A DNA stretch of 64,000 nt from the human T2T-CHM13v2.0 reference genome, Homo sapiens: the NCBI RefSeq assembly GCF_009914755.1, contig NC_060936.1; one strand, written 5' to 3'. Both the position numbers and the translations under genes were made by a program. Shown here piece by piece: positions 1 to 24,869 of this stretch (positions are counted from its first letter, which is position 1; each line of letters opens with the position of its first letter). The notes below the pieces were generated by a model. That model was not told where the DNA came from. It was given only the letters and a program-made list of their open reading frames with translations, and did no database searches.

Positions 1-310
1 CACAGGCGTGGGTAGTCCTGGACCTGGTGGTTTCCATGGGGCAATGGAAAGCAAGGCCTTGGCTCCTGCAGGGACCTCGGGTGGCCTGGCCTGGGCCCCA
101 CAGAGGCCGCAGCCCACACCAAAACCTCAGTGAGCAAGCCAGCTCCCAGGACACAGGCCAAGCCCAGGGTGTTCCCAGCCTGAACTAACAGCAGGAGGAG
201 AAGACAGAGGGCTGAGACCACCCACACGCCCATTTCATTCCTCAGTGCCAGGCAAGCCCACAGGGGTGGGGCCCAGCCCCCAGGACACCTAGGGCACTGG
301 AAGGACCAAC

Positions 311-441
311 CTGTGCGGTTCTCATCAAAGAAGCTTGTCTCCTGGGACACCAGTGAGCGGAAGAGACAGTTTCGAAGGCGAATGTTCAGTCTGGCAAATA
401 TGAGGGTAAAAATGCCGCCCCGAATACCTGCGGCAAATGAG
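311..441 (-). CDS. ABCB9: ABCB9 (TAPL) third coding exon, 131 nt, core transmembrane domain; gene continues off the left edge
   Basis: ttag|CTCATTTGCC...ACAG|gttgg. Translates SSFAAGIRGGIFTLIFARLNIRLRNCLFRSLVSQETSFFDENRTG, a TAP/ABCB TMD sequence. Phases match the previous exon. Confidence 0.96.
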
Positions 442-973
442 CTAATTGCAGATAAGAGATATTATAGCACGATGTCCTTCCAGACCAGTGACCACACCCG
501 GCTGCCCCCTCCCGCTGCCGGCAGGCCTGGGAGCCCCACCGCAGCCCCACTCCAGGGCTGGCATCCCTGCGGGGTCCCCCTCATTCCCAGTGGGAGCCCC
601 CCTCAAGGTGAGGGCAAAGGGGACAGTTGTGGGACAAGAGACCCAAATGTGCCAGCCAGACCCTCTTCCTTCCAGAACAGCTCAGACAAAGCCGGTTCTG
701 TTTGGGACCAGATTCCTACTTGGAAAACAGCCAGGGAGGGTGAGCAGGGAACCCTGAGGACTGAAGCCCTTTTCAGGGACCAGAGGGTGTGGTTCTAGGG
801 TGCTCTAAGACAGTGTGGAAGCCGGTTCCCAGGGTGACCAGCTGAGGGACAGGCCCACCAGGGGCATTTCCAGGGCCTCCCTGGCCCCTGTCTTCCTTAG
901 GAACAGGCCCTCCCTTCCCTCCCTGGTGCAGGTCGGGGTGTGCGGGGCAGGGCGTGGGGGTTGAGCCAGCTAC

Positions 974-1088
974 CTGCCAATGGCCAGCAGGCACACGATG
1001 ACGACAGCCGTGCTGAACTGATCCATGCTTTTCTGGATGACGATGCCATCAATGGCGCGGCCCGTGTAGTAGGGCAGGAAGGTCTCTC
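974..1088 (-). CDS. ABCB9: ABCB9 second coding exon, 115 nt
   Basis: ccag|GAGAGACC...GGCAG|gtagct. Translates GETFLPYYTGRAIDGIVIQKSMDQFSTAVVIVCLLAIG. Confidence 0.96.
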
Positions 1089-1379
1089 CTGGGGGAGGCA
1101 GGGCAGCCTCAGGGACGTCTGCAGCCAGGGGAACCCGCACCCTTCCTCCTGAGGCTCCAGAAGTCCACACACCAACCCCTCTGCCCACTCCACCGGTGGG
1201 CTTTCCTCCCTCGGCAAACTCTTGCTGCCCATCGTGGGGCCCCAGGGTGCTTAATGCCCCCCTCCTCAGAGAACAGGGGAGCACTGGGCCTTGCATCCAC
1301 ACAGCCTGCTGGTTCTTCTTTATTTATAGTGGCTACCAGGCATCGAGCCAGGGCTCCTGCAGGATGCTTCATTCTCTTG

Positions 1380-2050
1380 TTTTTTGAGACAGGGTCTCGC
1401 TGTGTCCCCCGGGCTGGAGTGCAGTGGTGTAATCATAGCTCACTGCAGCATCAAACTCCTGGGCTCAGGTGATCCTCCTGTCTCAGCCTCCTGAGTAGGG
1501 AATACAGGCATGTGCCACCATGCCAGGCTAATTTTTTTTTTTTTTTTTTTGTAGAGACAGGGGTCTCACTATGTGGCCCAAGCTGGTCTCAACCTCCTGG
1601 GTTGAAGCAATCCTCCTACCTTGGCCTCCCAAAGTACTGGGATTATAGGTATGAGCCACCGCTCCTGAACTTTGTTTCATTCCCTTTGGAGCAGGCCCTG
1701 GAATCACCCCCATTTTACAAATGAGAAAAATTAATTTGTTTTTCTTTTTCTAAAATATTTTCCTTTTTTTTTTTTTTTTTAACTTTTTGAGACAGGGTTT
1801 CACTCCTGTCGCCCAGGCTGGAGTGCAGCCTCAACCTCCTGGGCTCAGTGGATCTTCCCACCTCAGACTCCTGAGTAGCCGGGACTACAGGCACACGCCA
1901 CCAGGCCTAGCTAATTTTTTGTATTTTTTTGTAGAGACGAGGTTTCGCTAGGTTGCCCAGGCTGGTCTCTAACTCCTGGGCTCAAGCGATCCACCCACCT
2001 CAGCTTCCCAAAGTGCTGGGGTTACAGGCCTGAGTCACAGCGTCCGGCTG
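1380..2050 (-). mobile_element. Two old (AluJ-like) Alus
   Basis: Reverse-complement Alu consensus with poly-T heads. Confidence 0.85.
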
Positions 2051-2416
2051 AAAGTGAAGTTGAATGAGATGACTCGTCCAGGCCACATGGCAATCAGTGG
2101 CTGATTGACGCCAAAGTTGATTTCATTCTTCTCAATGGGTTCAGAGTCCAAATTCTGGAACCTCAGAAGACGTTGCTATTCTGGTTCCAAGCAATGCTGG
2201 AAATTGCCACCCCACCCCTCCTGGTGGGGCACTTGACACCTTGCTGGGTGCTTTCTTACCCGCTTGCCTTACTGTGTTTTCACAACAATCCTGGGGTGGA
2301 ATGGGAGACTCACAGAGGCTGAGGAATTTACTCCAGGTCACACAGCAAGGGGAAAGGCTGGGACTCAAACCTAAACTGGCTTTCAACCTGGGGGCTCTTT
2401 CTTTTCCCTTCCTCCT

Positions 2417-2762
2417 GTGGTCTGAATGCATCTCCCAAAATTTACATATTGAAACATAATCGCCAATGTGATAGGGCAGAGCTCTCCAGGATGGGATGAG
2501 GGCCCTTTTCAAAGGGCTTGTAAGCCTGGTTTGCCATCTCTCGCCCTTCCACCTTCTGCAGCGTGAGGACACAGCAGTCTTCCCCTCCAGAGGACACAGC
2601 AAGGAGGGACCATCTTGGAAGCAGAGAGTGGCCCTCACGACACCAAACCTGCTGGCACCTTGATCTGGGACTTCCCAGCCTCTAGAACAGTACGAAATCA
2701 GTTTCTATGGTTTCTAAATGACCCAGTCTGTGGTATTTTGTTACAGCAGCAGAAATGAGACT
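2417..2762 (+). mobile_element. MaLR solo LTR (MST/MLT1-like)
   Basis: TG start tgtggtctgaatg, then gctggcaccttgatctgggacttcccagcctctagaac and cagtctgtggtattttgttacagcagc, which are MaLR LTR hallmarks. Confidence 0.75.
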
Positions 2763-3299
2763 CCCCCGACAATAATCCGGAATGTCCACTCTCCTCTTAA
2801 GGAAATAGTGGCATCACCAGGCCAGGCCAGGCCCTTGTTCATCCCAGGACCTGTTTCCACTGAAGTTCTTTCCATGAGCAGAGCCAGGTTTGGGGCTGGG
2901 CATACAGTAGGTGCTCAATAAAGGTCAGTGAATGAACCCCGGGCAGGTCTGGCTAGCACAGTCTGGCCTGGCTCAGACACTTGGGTAGTGAGACTTTCTG
3001 TGCAGTTCTGGTGCCCTCTGCTGGGACCATGAGGTGGCAGCCTAGAGGGCCTGTGTCCCCACAGTCCTTGGCCAGACGAGGTCTCCAGCTGAGGCTGCAG
3101 AGTTCCACCCAGCCTGAGTTTCTGCCTCAGTTTACCCACAGAAAAGAAGAGGGCAACGATGAGCTGTGACAGAATATTCTGGAATATCTGATTCCAGCAA
3201 GCACCAATGCTAATAATCGCCTTACTGGGTACCAGGGGCTGTGCAAAGCATGCCGGCAAACTCTCTTGCTGAATCTGCACAAGAATTACGTGAAACTCT

Positions 3300-7863
<4,564 letters not shown>

Positions 7864-8400
7864 TCTCCCGTTCTTTTCAGCATCTAAAATGTCAGGAAAT
7901 AAGGACTCCAACAATCCTTGTTGCACAGAGGAGGGAAGTGAGGCTCAGAAAGGCTGGAGAACTTACGCAGGGCCACTCGGCTGGGTAGGGAGCAGGACAG
8001 GGATTTGTGCCCAGGCCTCGTTGCCCCCAGAACCTGTGAGCTCCAACCATGCAGTGCCACCTTCCCACCCATGTTGCTGAGTGGTGCCTTCAAACTGTTT
8101 GGACCAGACTCACAGGCACAAATACATTTCATGTCACAAACCAGGCCACACCTGCACGTAGGCACACACAACTAAAATATTAATATCTTTTTTTTTTTTT
8201 TTTGGTCTCAAACTGCTGAGAGTTTTTTTTTTTTTTCGTTATCTGCCTGCCTCGGCCTCCCAAAGCGCTGGGATTACAGGCATGAGCCACCATGCCTGCC
8301 CACTCTGATGTTTTCTAGTCTATTCTCTGATGATCCCAGCTCCAGGAATTTATTCTACAGATCCATCCACATTCATATGAAATGTGTATGAACAGAATTA

Positions 8401-10057
<1,657 letters not shown>

Positions 10058-10159
10058 TGATGTCTGAACCACGTAAGTAAAATCTTTTAAAATCTAAGGC
10101 AGTCATATCCACCTAATTTGATGTTCTGGTGGCCACATGTCCCCGAGGTCCTTACTTAC

Positions 10160-10760
10160 CCAGAGCTGCCACGATGAGGAAGAAGGAGGCGGCCACGAGG
10201 AAGGCCACGTCGGGCTTGGTGTAGGAGAGCAGCTTCTGCAGCGTGGCCCCAGACGCCTGCTCGGGCGGTGGCCGGCCGCTCCCAGGGAAGCCCTCAGCCT
10301 CGGTGGCCGCCCCTGGCTCCAGGGCCTGGGTGCCTGGCCGCACGGTGGACAGCAGCCACCAGAGCAGGAAGGATGCGCCGAGTGAAATGTACGTCCACAC
10401 GAACAGGGCCCAAAACCAGGGGTCCCGGATGGGCCTGCGCACCTCTGAGAAGAGCAGCAGCTTCACCATGGCATAGATGCCCACGAAGAGGCACACGAGG
10501 GTGATGACCAGCCACGAGGCCCGCAGCCGCCGGGGCCCCAGCGCACTGTTCTTGGCCACACCAATGGTGGCTCCCAGCAGCAGGCAGCTGCGGTACAGGC
10601 AGGCTGCCCAGAGATCCAGCACCGAGTCAAAGATGTTGAAGTGGCGGATGTCCTCCAGGAGGCTGCGGTCCAGGTGGCTGAAGACATAGATGGCCGTGGT
10701 CACGCAGATGTCCACACTCATGAAGGCCAAAGTCACCACCACCGCCTTCCACAGCCGCAT
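10160..10760 (-). CDS. ABCB9: ABCB9 first coding exon (CDS part 601 nt; exon starts at 10847), encodes TMD0
   Basis: ATG at 10760, MRLWKAVVVTLAFMSVDICVTT...FLIVAALG. Donor G|gtaagt, acceptor ctacag|GCCTGG at 10847. Confidence 0.97.
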
Positions 10761-11132
10761 CCTGCTGGTTGGAGGTGGGCGGGTGCTGAAGGCCAGGTTG
10801 TAGCTCACGGGGGCAAGGCCATCATCATCCACAGGGCGAGGCCAGGCCTGTAGGGACAACAGCAAACATCAGCACAAGGGGTTCAGGTTTGCCACTCGCT
10901 GGCTGTGTGACCTTGAGAAAGTCACTTGACATCTCTGAGCCTTAGTTTTCTCATCTGTAAAATGGCAATATCAACTTCCCGGGTACTAAGATTCCACTCA
11001 TTCAAGGGATACTTACTGAGTGCCCACTGCGGCCAGGTGCTGTTCTTTGTTCTTTGTCATGAACAAAAAGAACAAAGATCCCTGCTCTCCTGGAGATGAC
11101 ATACTCATGCAGGAGACAGATAATAAGGAAAT

Positions 11133-12017
<885 letters not shown>

Positions 12018-13536
12018 GAGATCAATTTTAAATAGGGGGCCAGAGAAGACCTCGCTGGGTAGGTAACACTTGAGCAAGACTTGAAAGAGTTATGGAAGTC
12101 TGCCAAGTGGCTATCTGGGGAAAAGCACTTGGCACAGGTGAAACAGTGCCAGAGCCCCAAGGCAGGAGTGCCCCTTGGGAAGGCAGCAAGGCCCCATGAG
12201 ATCAGAGAGGGTGGGGAGTATCTGGAGGATTTTGCATCCATAGTGAGGACGAAGCTGAGATAAGCAGAGTTTAATAAACAGCCGCTGTCTTTACTACCAC
12301 TACTCATTTCTCTGAACCTGTTTCCTCATTTGCAAAATGTGAGTGTGAGGTTCAATGTGTCAGTTCTGGGCAGAGTGCCTGGTGCATAATTGCTGCTGAT
12401 TGTAATCAACCATATACAGTGTGTGCTTAATAAATGTTTGTCCACTTTTCTCCTCCCACGTCAGGCCTTCTATCTCTGCAACCCCAAATAAACTATTTTG
12501 GTCTAAGAGGGAACTTGACAGCTGTGGGGGTGGCTTGCAGGCCACACAGCAATCCAGAAACCTTGGCATCTGCTTGGAAGTTTCCAGAATCTTTTCCTCC
12601 TGCCCAGGTTGGCCCTCGTGCCCAGCCCTAGGCCCCTTTGGTTTTCTGAATCTTGATGTCTGCTTTATCCAAGGCATCTCCCGGCACTGGGTCCCTCAGG
12701 ACTCCCCCAGAGCCGCAGGGACACCCGGGAAGTGGGCCTGGAGGCCTGAGTTTGTGAGTGGGGCTTGTCCACGGTAGGGTTAGGACCGGGCTGGGGTGTG
12801 TCCCTGGGTGCTACCTCCTGTCTCAGCTCCAGTCCTTCCTCCCGTGGGCCTTTTGTTGTCATATCTGCAAAATGGGCTGGGCTCTAGATCCCCCAAGAGG
12901 AGGGGTGAGGCGCTGGGTGACAGCGGGGATGACTGTCGTGGCTGGGAAGGGGCCATCCTGAGAGAGATCCTCTCCCCGAAGCTCTGGCGCCCAGGTGCCC
13001 AAACCGCTCACACTGTGGCATGACTGGAACCTCACACAGTCCCACGAGGCCAGGGTTTCCATATTCCCGTTTACAGTTAGGGAAACTGAGGCACAGAGAG
13101 ACAAAACCACCTGATCCAGACATTCAGCCAACAAGGGCCCAAGCCAGGATGACTTGAGGCAGTCAGTGAGTGTAGGACCCCAGCATCTGCCTCTCCACCT
13201 GTCTACTGCATGCCTGGCACAAAGCAGTTGTCTAATAACTACAAGCAGACAGGGATGTAACACTGCACTTCCTGTGAGCCCTGCCCTGCACCATGTGCTT
13301 CAAATCCAGGTGGCCCCACCTATTTAATCCTCACAGCAACTTTGTGAGATGTGCACTGTCATCCCTTCCACTTAACAGATGGAGAAACTGAGGCCCAGAG
13401 AAGTGAAGAATTTGCCCAAGATTACACAGCTTCTGAATAGCAGAGCTGGGATGTGGATTCATAGGTGTCTGAGCCCAGAATCTGTGTTCTTCACCCCTAA
13501 ACTAAGATAACATTCAATATAGAAAATGCTACCAGG

Positions 13537-13820
<284 letters not shown>

Positions 13821-15460
13821 CTACCGGGAAGTGTTCATCTAAGGAAAAGGGTCCCCAGCAGAGGGCTGGGCCGTGTGGCAGAGGTGATAAGACTGCTGAG
13901 GCTAATTGCTGGCAATGACAGCAGCTGGTGCCAGCTGACATTGGCTCCAGGCACTTACATGCGTCAGCACTCACCAGAGCCCTATGAAGTAGGTCCTATC
14001 ATTATCCCCATTTTACAGTTAGGAAAACTGAGGAACAGAGAGATTAAGTGACCTGCCCTGGGTCACAGAGCTAGGTGACCCACAGAGTTGGGTCACAAGC
14101 TGGGATGTGAACCCTGGCCGTCCAGTTCCAAAATCTGTACTCTCAACTCCATAGCTCCAACCCTTCAAAACAGCCTCTCCAGGAGGTAGGCACAACCCCT
14201 ACTAATGCTGAGAAGGGGTCTGAGATGCAGAGGGGGAATGGAGTGGGGGGATATAACAACCTCCAAGCCTGGGCCCTGCTTTCACCCCCACACCTCCAGG
14301 CACACCGAAGCCCATCGCAGAGATGACAGTTGCTTAGTCAGCAGCTGCCCCTCCAAAGACGGTCAGGGCCAAGCAGGGTCAAGGGCAAGGGGAAGTGGGT
14401 AGGATGGTCGGACACCCTCAGCCCAGGTCCTGGCTCCCTCCCCAGCCCTGCCTGTGCTGCCCACGCAGGCTCCTGTCTGCTGCAATGCAGAGGCCGTGGG
14501 GAGCGAGCGAGTGGGTGAGCTCCAGTCAGAGCCCAGGGAGGGAAGCTCCTGGCCTGGTGCCATTCCAGGCCTCCCAGCCAAGCCACTGCCGGCTGCACCA
14601 GGTGCTGCCAGCCGCCTCAGCTGCTGCTCTCCTCGTGGTGGGCACATGGGGTCCCTCAGTCCCCAGAAAGGGGCTCGGGCTCAGAAGTGGAACAGGAGGC
14701 AGATCCGCAAGAGACTCAAAACCTGGACAGCAGCCCAGGGGCTTGGCTGACTCTCCCAACCTGACTCCCAGCCTCTGGGGGAATTCCTTCCCCATCCCCC
14801 AACAGCCCAGGGTACCAGTCATGCCCCCCGCCTCCAGAAGCCTATTTATCTTCATCAGAATAAACAAAATTTCAAACACTCATATCGCAGACTACCAAAG
14901 CCACATTTTGCAGATGGGGAAACTGAGGCCCACAGAGGGAGGGGGTGAGGCTTGTCTCAGGTCATCCACCAGGCTGGGGCAGAGCAGTGCTAGCACCTGG
15001 GTCCCTGCCCCCAAGCACTAGTCCTTCTACCACAGACTCCTAGCAGAGTGGACTCCAGCCCCGGGTCGGGTTACAGTCCTCGGTGGGGACAGTTACTCCG
15101 TTATTTTTAAAGCTACTGGGCAGAAGCGTGACCACCAGCCAAGGCTGCTTAGAGGCCTGTCACCGCTCTCCAACTGCCTGACTCAGAGGATGCGCTGGGC
15201 TCGGCCAGGTGGAGCTGGAGGGCAAATTGTGAGCACATGGGTGACCTGCTTGGCCTGAGGGACAAGGACAAGGTGGTGGCCAGAATAGGCCCCACCCAGA
15301 ACCGGACAAGGCCCAGGAAGACAGGGGTGGCTCGCCCTGACTCCGTGCACTAAAGAATGGCACAGGATAAGCAAGTGGCCTTGTCCCCACCAGGGGTCTT
15401 GTCAAAGGCTTTTCTTCCCAGGGTAGGAGACATTGGTTGGGGTATCTCTAGGCATCAGCT

Positions 15461-15580
15461 GCAGAGAAGGCCAGAAGACGATAGATAGCAGTTATTATGA
15501 CGCTGCAACAGAGACCCTTTGCAGAGAAGGCCAGGAGACAATAGATAAAAGTTATTATGACACTGCAACAGAGACCCTTC
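15461..15580. repeat. 60-bp tandem duplication (2 copies, 6 mismatches)
   Basis: gcagagaaggccagRagacRatagataRMagttattatgacRctgcaacagagaccctt x2. Confidence 0.92.
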
Positions 15581-16599
15581 ACCGGGCCCTACTATGTGCC
15601 TGGCACCTCCCAAAGCAGCCAGGCCTCCCCACTTCCCTGGGAGGACCCTGTGGTCATCAGCTTCGTTTTACAGCTGGGGAGACAGAAGAGGTTAAGTGAC
15701 ACGCAGAAAAAGGACGAAGGCAGGATGGAGACCCGCATCCAGGGTCTCCAGGATGGAGACTCGGGGGTCCCCTGTCCAGGCTATTCAGGGATTGCAAGAA
15801 AAGGGGCCAAAGAACTTGGGTGGCCCAGTGGCCTCGGTTCACCCCTGACATGGTGAGCTTTTTACCCCGGTGTGGGCCCAGACCCAGATAAGCCCATTCC
15901 ATTCGCTGCGCAGCAAAGCACTGACTGACAGAGGCCTGCTGGGTGGGAGGGCCTGACTGTGGGGGTCCCTGGCTCTGGGGCAGGAGCGGGCTGGGTCTGC
16001 GTGGGTCCATCCTGATTTCATCCCTGCTGAGCCTCTGGCAGCCCACGTGGGGCCCAGCCTCACTCTGGGACTTGAGAAGCTGTCTCAGGTGCTCTCAGCT
16101 CTAGGAGAGGCAGAGAGGCGCGAGGTGCCCTCCCTCCAAGCCTCCTCTTGTCACCCGGCCCTGCACTATCCGGAAAAGGGGAATGGGCAGAGGCGGGGAT
16201 CCTGTCAGCCCAGCTTAAAGCTGTCTCAGTTAATGTCAGGCCGGGGGAGGAGGCTTTTTTTTTTTTTCCAGAGGCCCAGAAATAAAAGAGGCTCCCCTGG
16301 GAACCTACAGGCCTCACTGCCAGCGTGGATGGCGGGGAGCAGCGGCAGCCCACTGGCCTGCTGAGGAGACTGAGAAAAGGGCTTTGCCCAGGTCAGCAGG
16401 AACAGGCCAGATCCCCCAGGCTTCTGCCAAAGCCCTGGTGCTCAGGATCCCTGGGAAGCCCTGACATGGACAGTGGGAGCCCTCAGAAGGCGCGCCAGCC
16501 CCGTCCTGGGGGAACGACAGCCATCCCAGGATCCTCCAACACCTCCCACATTTTCCAAGAGGCAGCGGCGCCTTGGGGGTTAAAAAAAATGGCAACATT

Positions 16600-17200
16600 C
16601 GCCCTACGGGCGCGGAAAGGATGCTGCAGGGATGGGGGCTGGGAGCTGCGGCTGCGGGCTCCGGGAGGGCTCCAGGGAGGCTCCCACCTTCAACCGAGAT
16701 GCCTATTCCCACCGAGGCAGGGGTGCCCAGACGCCCCCCAACGCGTGCCTGGCCTGGCACCCTGGCCTGGAAAGGTCCCAAAACCAGGGGTCTAGGGTGC
16801 CTTGCCCTTACCTGTTACCTGGCACCAGGTGAGCTCTGGGAGGGGGCGCGCAGCAGGCTCGGGTCTGGGGTGCAGTTTCCGCGCTGCTCATTGAAGACTG
16901 CGCCGGACGCGGTCCTCGCTCCGCTCTTCCCGCTGCTCCTCCCCGCCTCCCACCCGCGCTGCGCCGCTGCAAGGTCGGAGCTGAGACTGGCGTGCGTTGA
17001 GACAGGCTGATGGACGGGGCGGGGCCTCAGTGACGGAGGGGGCGGGGATCCTGGGGCAGGGACCGGCGGAGCCTCCCGGGAGGGGCGGGGCCTCAGGAGG
17101 AGTGGGCGGGCTTTCCTGGACGGGGCGGGGCCCCCGAGGAGGGGGCTGGCGAAGCCTCCGGGTGGGGACGGGCCTCCTGGGGGCGGGGCCACAGCTGGCC
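16600..17200. promoter_or_regulatory. CpG island / ABCB9 proximal promoter with multiple Sp/KLF GC boxes
   Basis: High CpG density. GGGGCGGGG at 17016, 17039, 17082, 17122 and 17180. Confidence 0.8.
16812..17010 (-). other. ABCB9: ABCB9 non-coding first exon (TSS approximate)
   Basis: CpG-rich segment ending in a strong donor CAG|gtaagg at 16811, directly downstream (minus strand) of a GC-box array. Confidence 0.7.
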
Positions 17201-18032
17201 ACCTGCTCACCTGTGGCAAACTCCTCCCACATCTGGCCAACCAGGCCCTCCACACTGCGTGCTGGCCTCCACCTGGAGCCACGGGCCCATCCTGAGGGGA
17301 CGGAAATGGTTTCACCTGAAGGAGGCCAGCTTTTTAACTGGCCTTTTTCCCTGGAGGGACAGCCAGCCAGTCCAGGAGGGTGGGTTATGGTCCTCATTCA
17401 TTCACTTATTCTTTCATTCGTTCACCCAACAGATATTTATCCAGTGCCTACGGCGTGCCATATGCCCTTTTAAGCATTTGAAATTAAACAATTAACAAAA
17501 CAAGATCCTTGCCCTTCTGGAGCTGACATTCTAGTGAGGGTGTCAGACAACACATATAAGCAAATGAGATATATTGGAAGGGAATACATTTTACGGAGAA
17601 AATTGGTGCAAGATCAGGGATTCGGGGCATTGGAGAGGGGAGGCAGCGATATGTCCTCAGTGACTGCCAGGTGCTGGGAACACAGCTGTGTGTGAAAAGA
17701 CAGAAAACTCCCAGCCTTCATGGCGTGAAGGGGACAGAACATCAGCAAGTAAGTGCATAAGGCCATTCAGGTACTGGATGCAGTAAAATAAATAAAATTG
17801 TGTAAGTGAAAGGTGAGAAGGCGTGAGCCACGGGGAGGGAGGAACATCCTACGCTAAGGCCTGCAAGTTCAAAGGCTCTGAGGTGGGAACCAACTTGGCC
17901 ACTTGAGGACCAGAAAAGGGTCCATGTGGCCTGAACCGTGGGAAGTGGGTGGGGGAGTGGACTTACGGCCCAGAGGGGCAGCAGGTGGGGCTAGAACTGC
18001 CCACATCCCTGGATCCTCTGATCAGAGGCTTT

Positions 18033-23337
<5,305 letters not shown>

Positions 23338-23356
23338 TCTATGTCAATTTTTAAAG

Positions 23357-23436
23357 TATGTGTAAATATACACATATACAGACATATACATATGATTGCA
23401 CATTCATATACATATATTCACATACACATATACATA
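23357..23436. repeat. Degenerate (CATA/TA)n simple repeat
   Basis: atatacacatatacagacatatacatat... Confidence 0.7.
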
Positions 23437-23807
23437 CGACTCTGGAATCAAGATACTCTAATTCTGGAGCGTTCTAATTCTGGTCTGCTACTCACTAGGT
23501 TTATGACTCTAGACAGATTCCTGTACCCACCTCACTTTCCTTATCTGTAAAATGGGGGTAATAATACCTTAAGCAGTCAACAAAGATACATGTCAGCGCT
23601 GGCTGGCAGCACATGTTGATTCAGTACTTGCTGGTAAATATTCTTCTTGCTGCTGCTCCCTTCGGTGACTGAGCCCAGAGTGTCTGGAAGGAGGAGAGGG
23701 TCCATGGAGAGGGCCAATCTAAACTGATAAGCAGGCCAGGCGCAGTGGTCTCAGTTCTAGACCAGCCTGGCCAACATGGCGAAATCCCGTTTCTACTAAA
23801 AATACAA

Positions 23808-24585
<778 letters not shown>

Positions 24586-24869
24586 AACTGATAGGTACAA
24601 CACACTCATCTTGCAAACTGCTGCAAACGGAGAGGGGGTGAGGGTGGGGTGGGGTGCTGCATGTGCCAGGCCTGCCTGGTGGGTGGCTGGGGAGCCGACC
24701 TGCCCTGGGCCTCCTGGGGAAAAAGGGCAGTTAGGCGGGTAATGAACATTGATCTGGGGAAATGGATCCTTTCCTAGATAGCAGGGCCTCTCACTATCAC
24801 TGGGCAATCAAGACGACTGTAAAACGTTAAACACCTTCTCGGGCCGGGCAGCTCTGCACGAGAAAACCC

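Noticed and set aside
15461-15580. Possible CRISPR-like repeat
   Set aside because: Only two abutting copies with no spacers, in a human context with no cas genes.
14395-17473. Overlapping 150-208 aa ORFs in ABCB9 intron 1 and promoter
   Set aside because: They occur on both strands with Pro/Gly/Arg/Ala bias and no recognisable domain, consistent with stop-codon scarcity at high GC.
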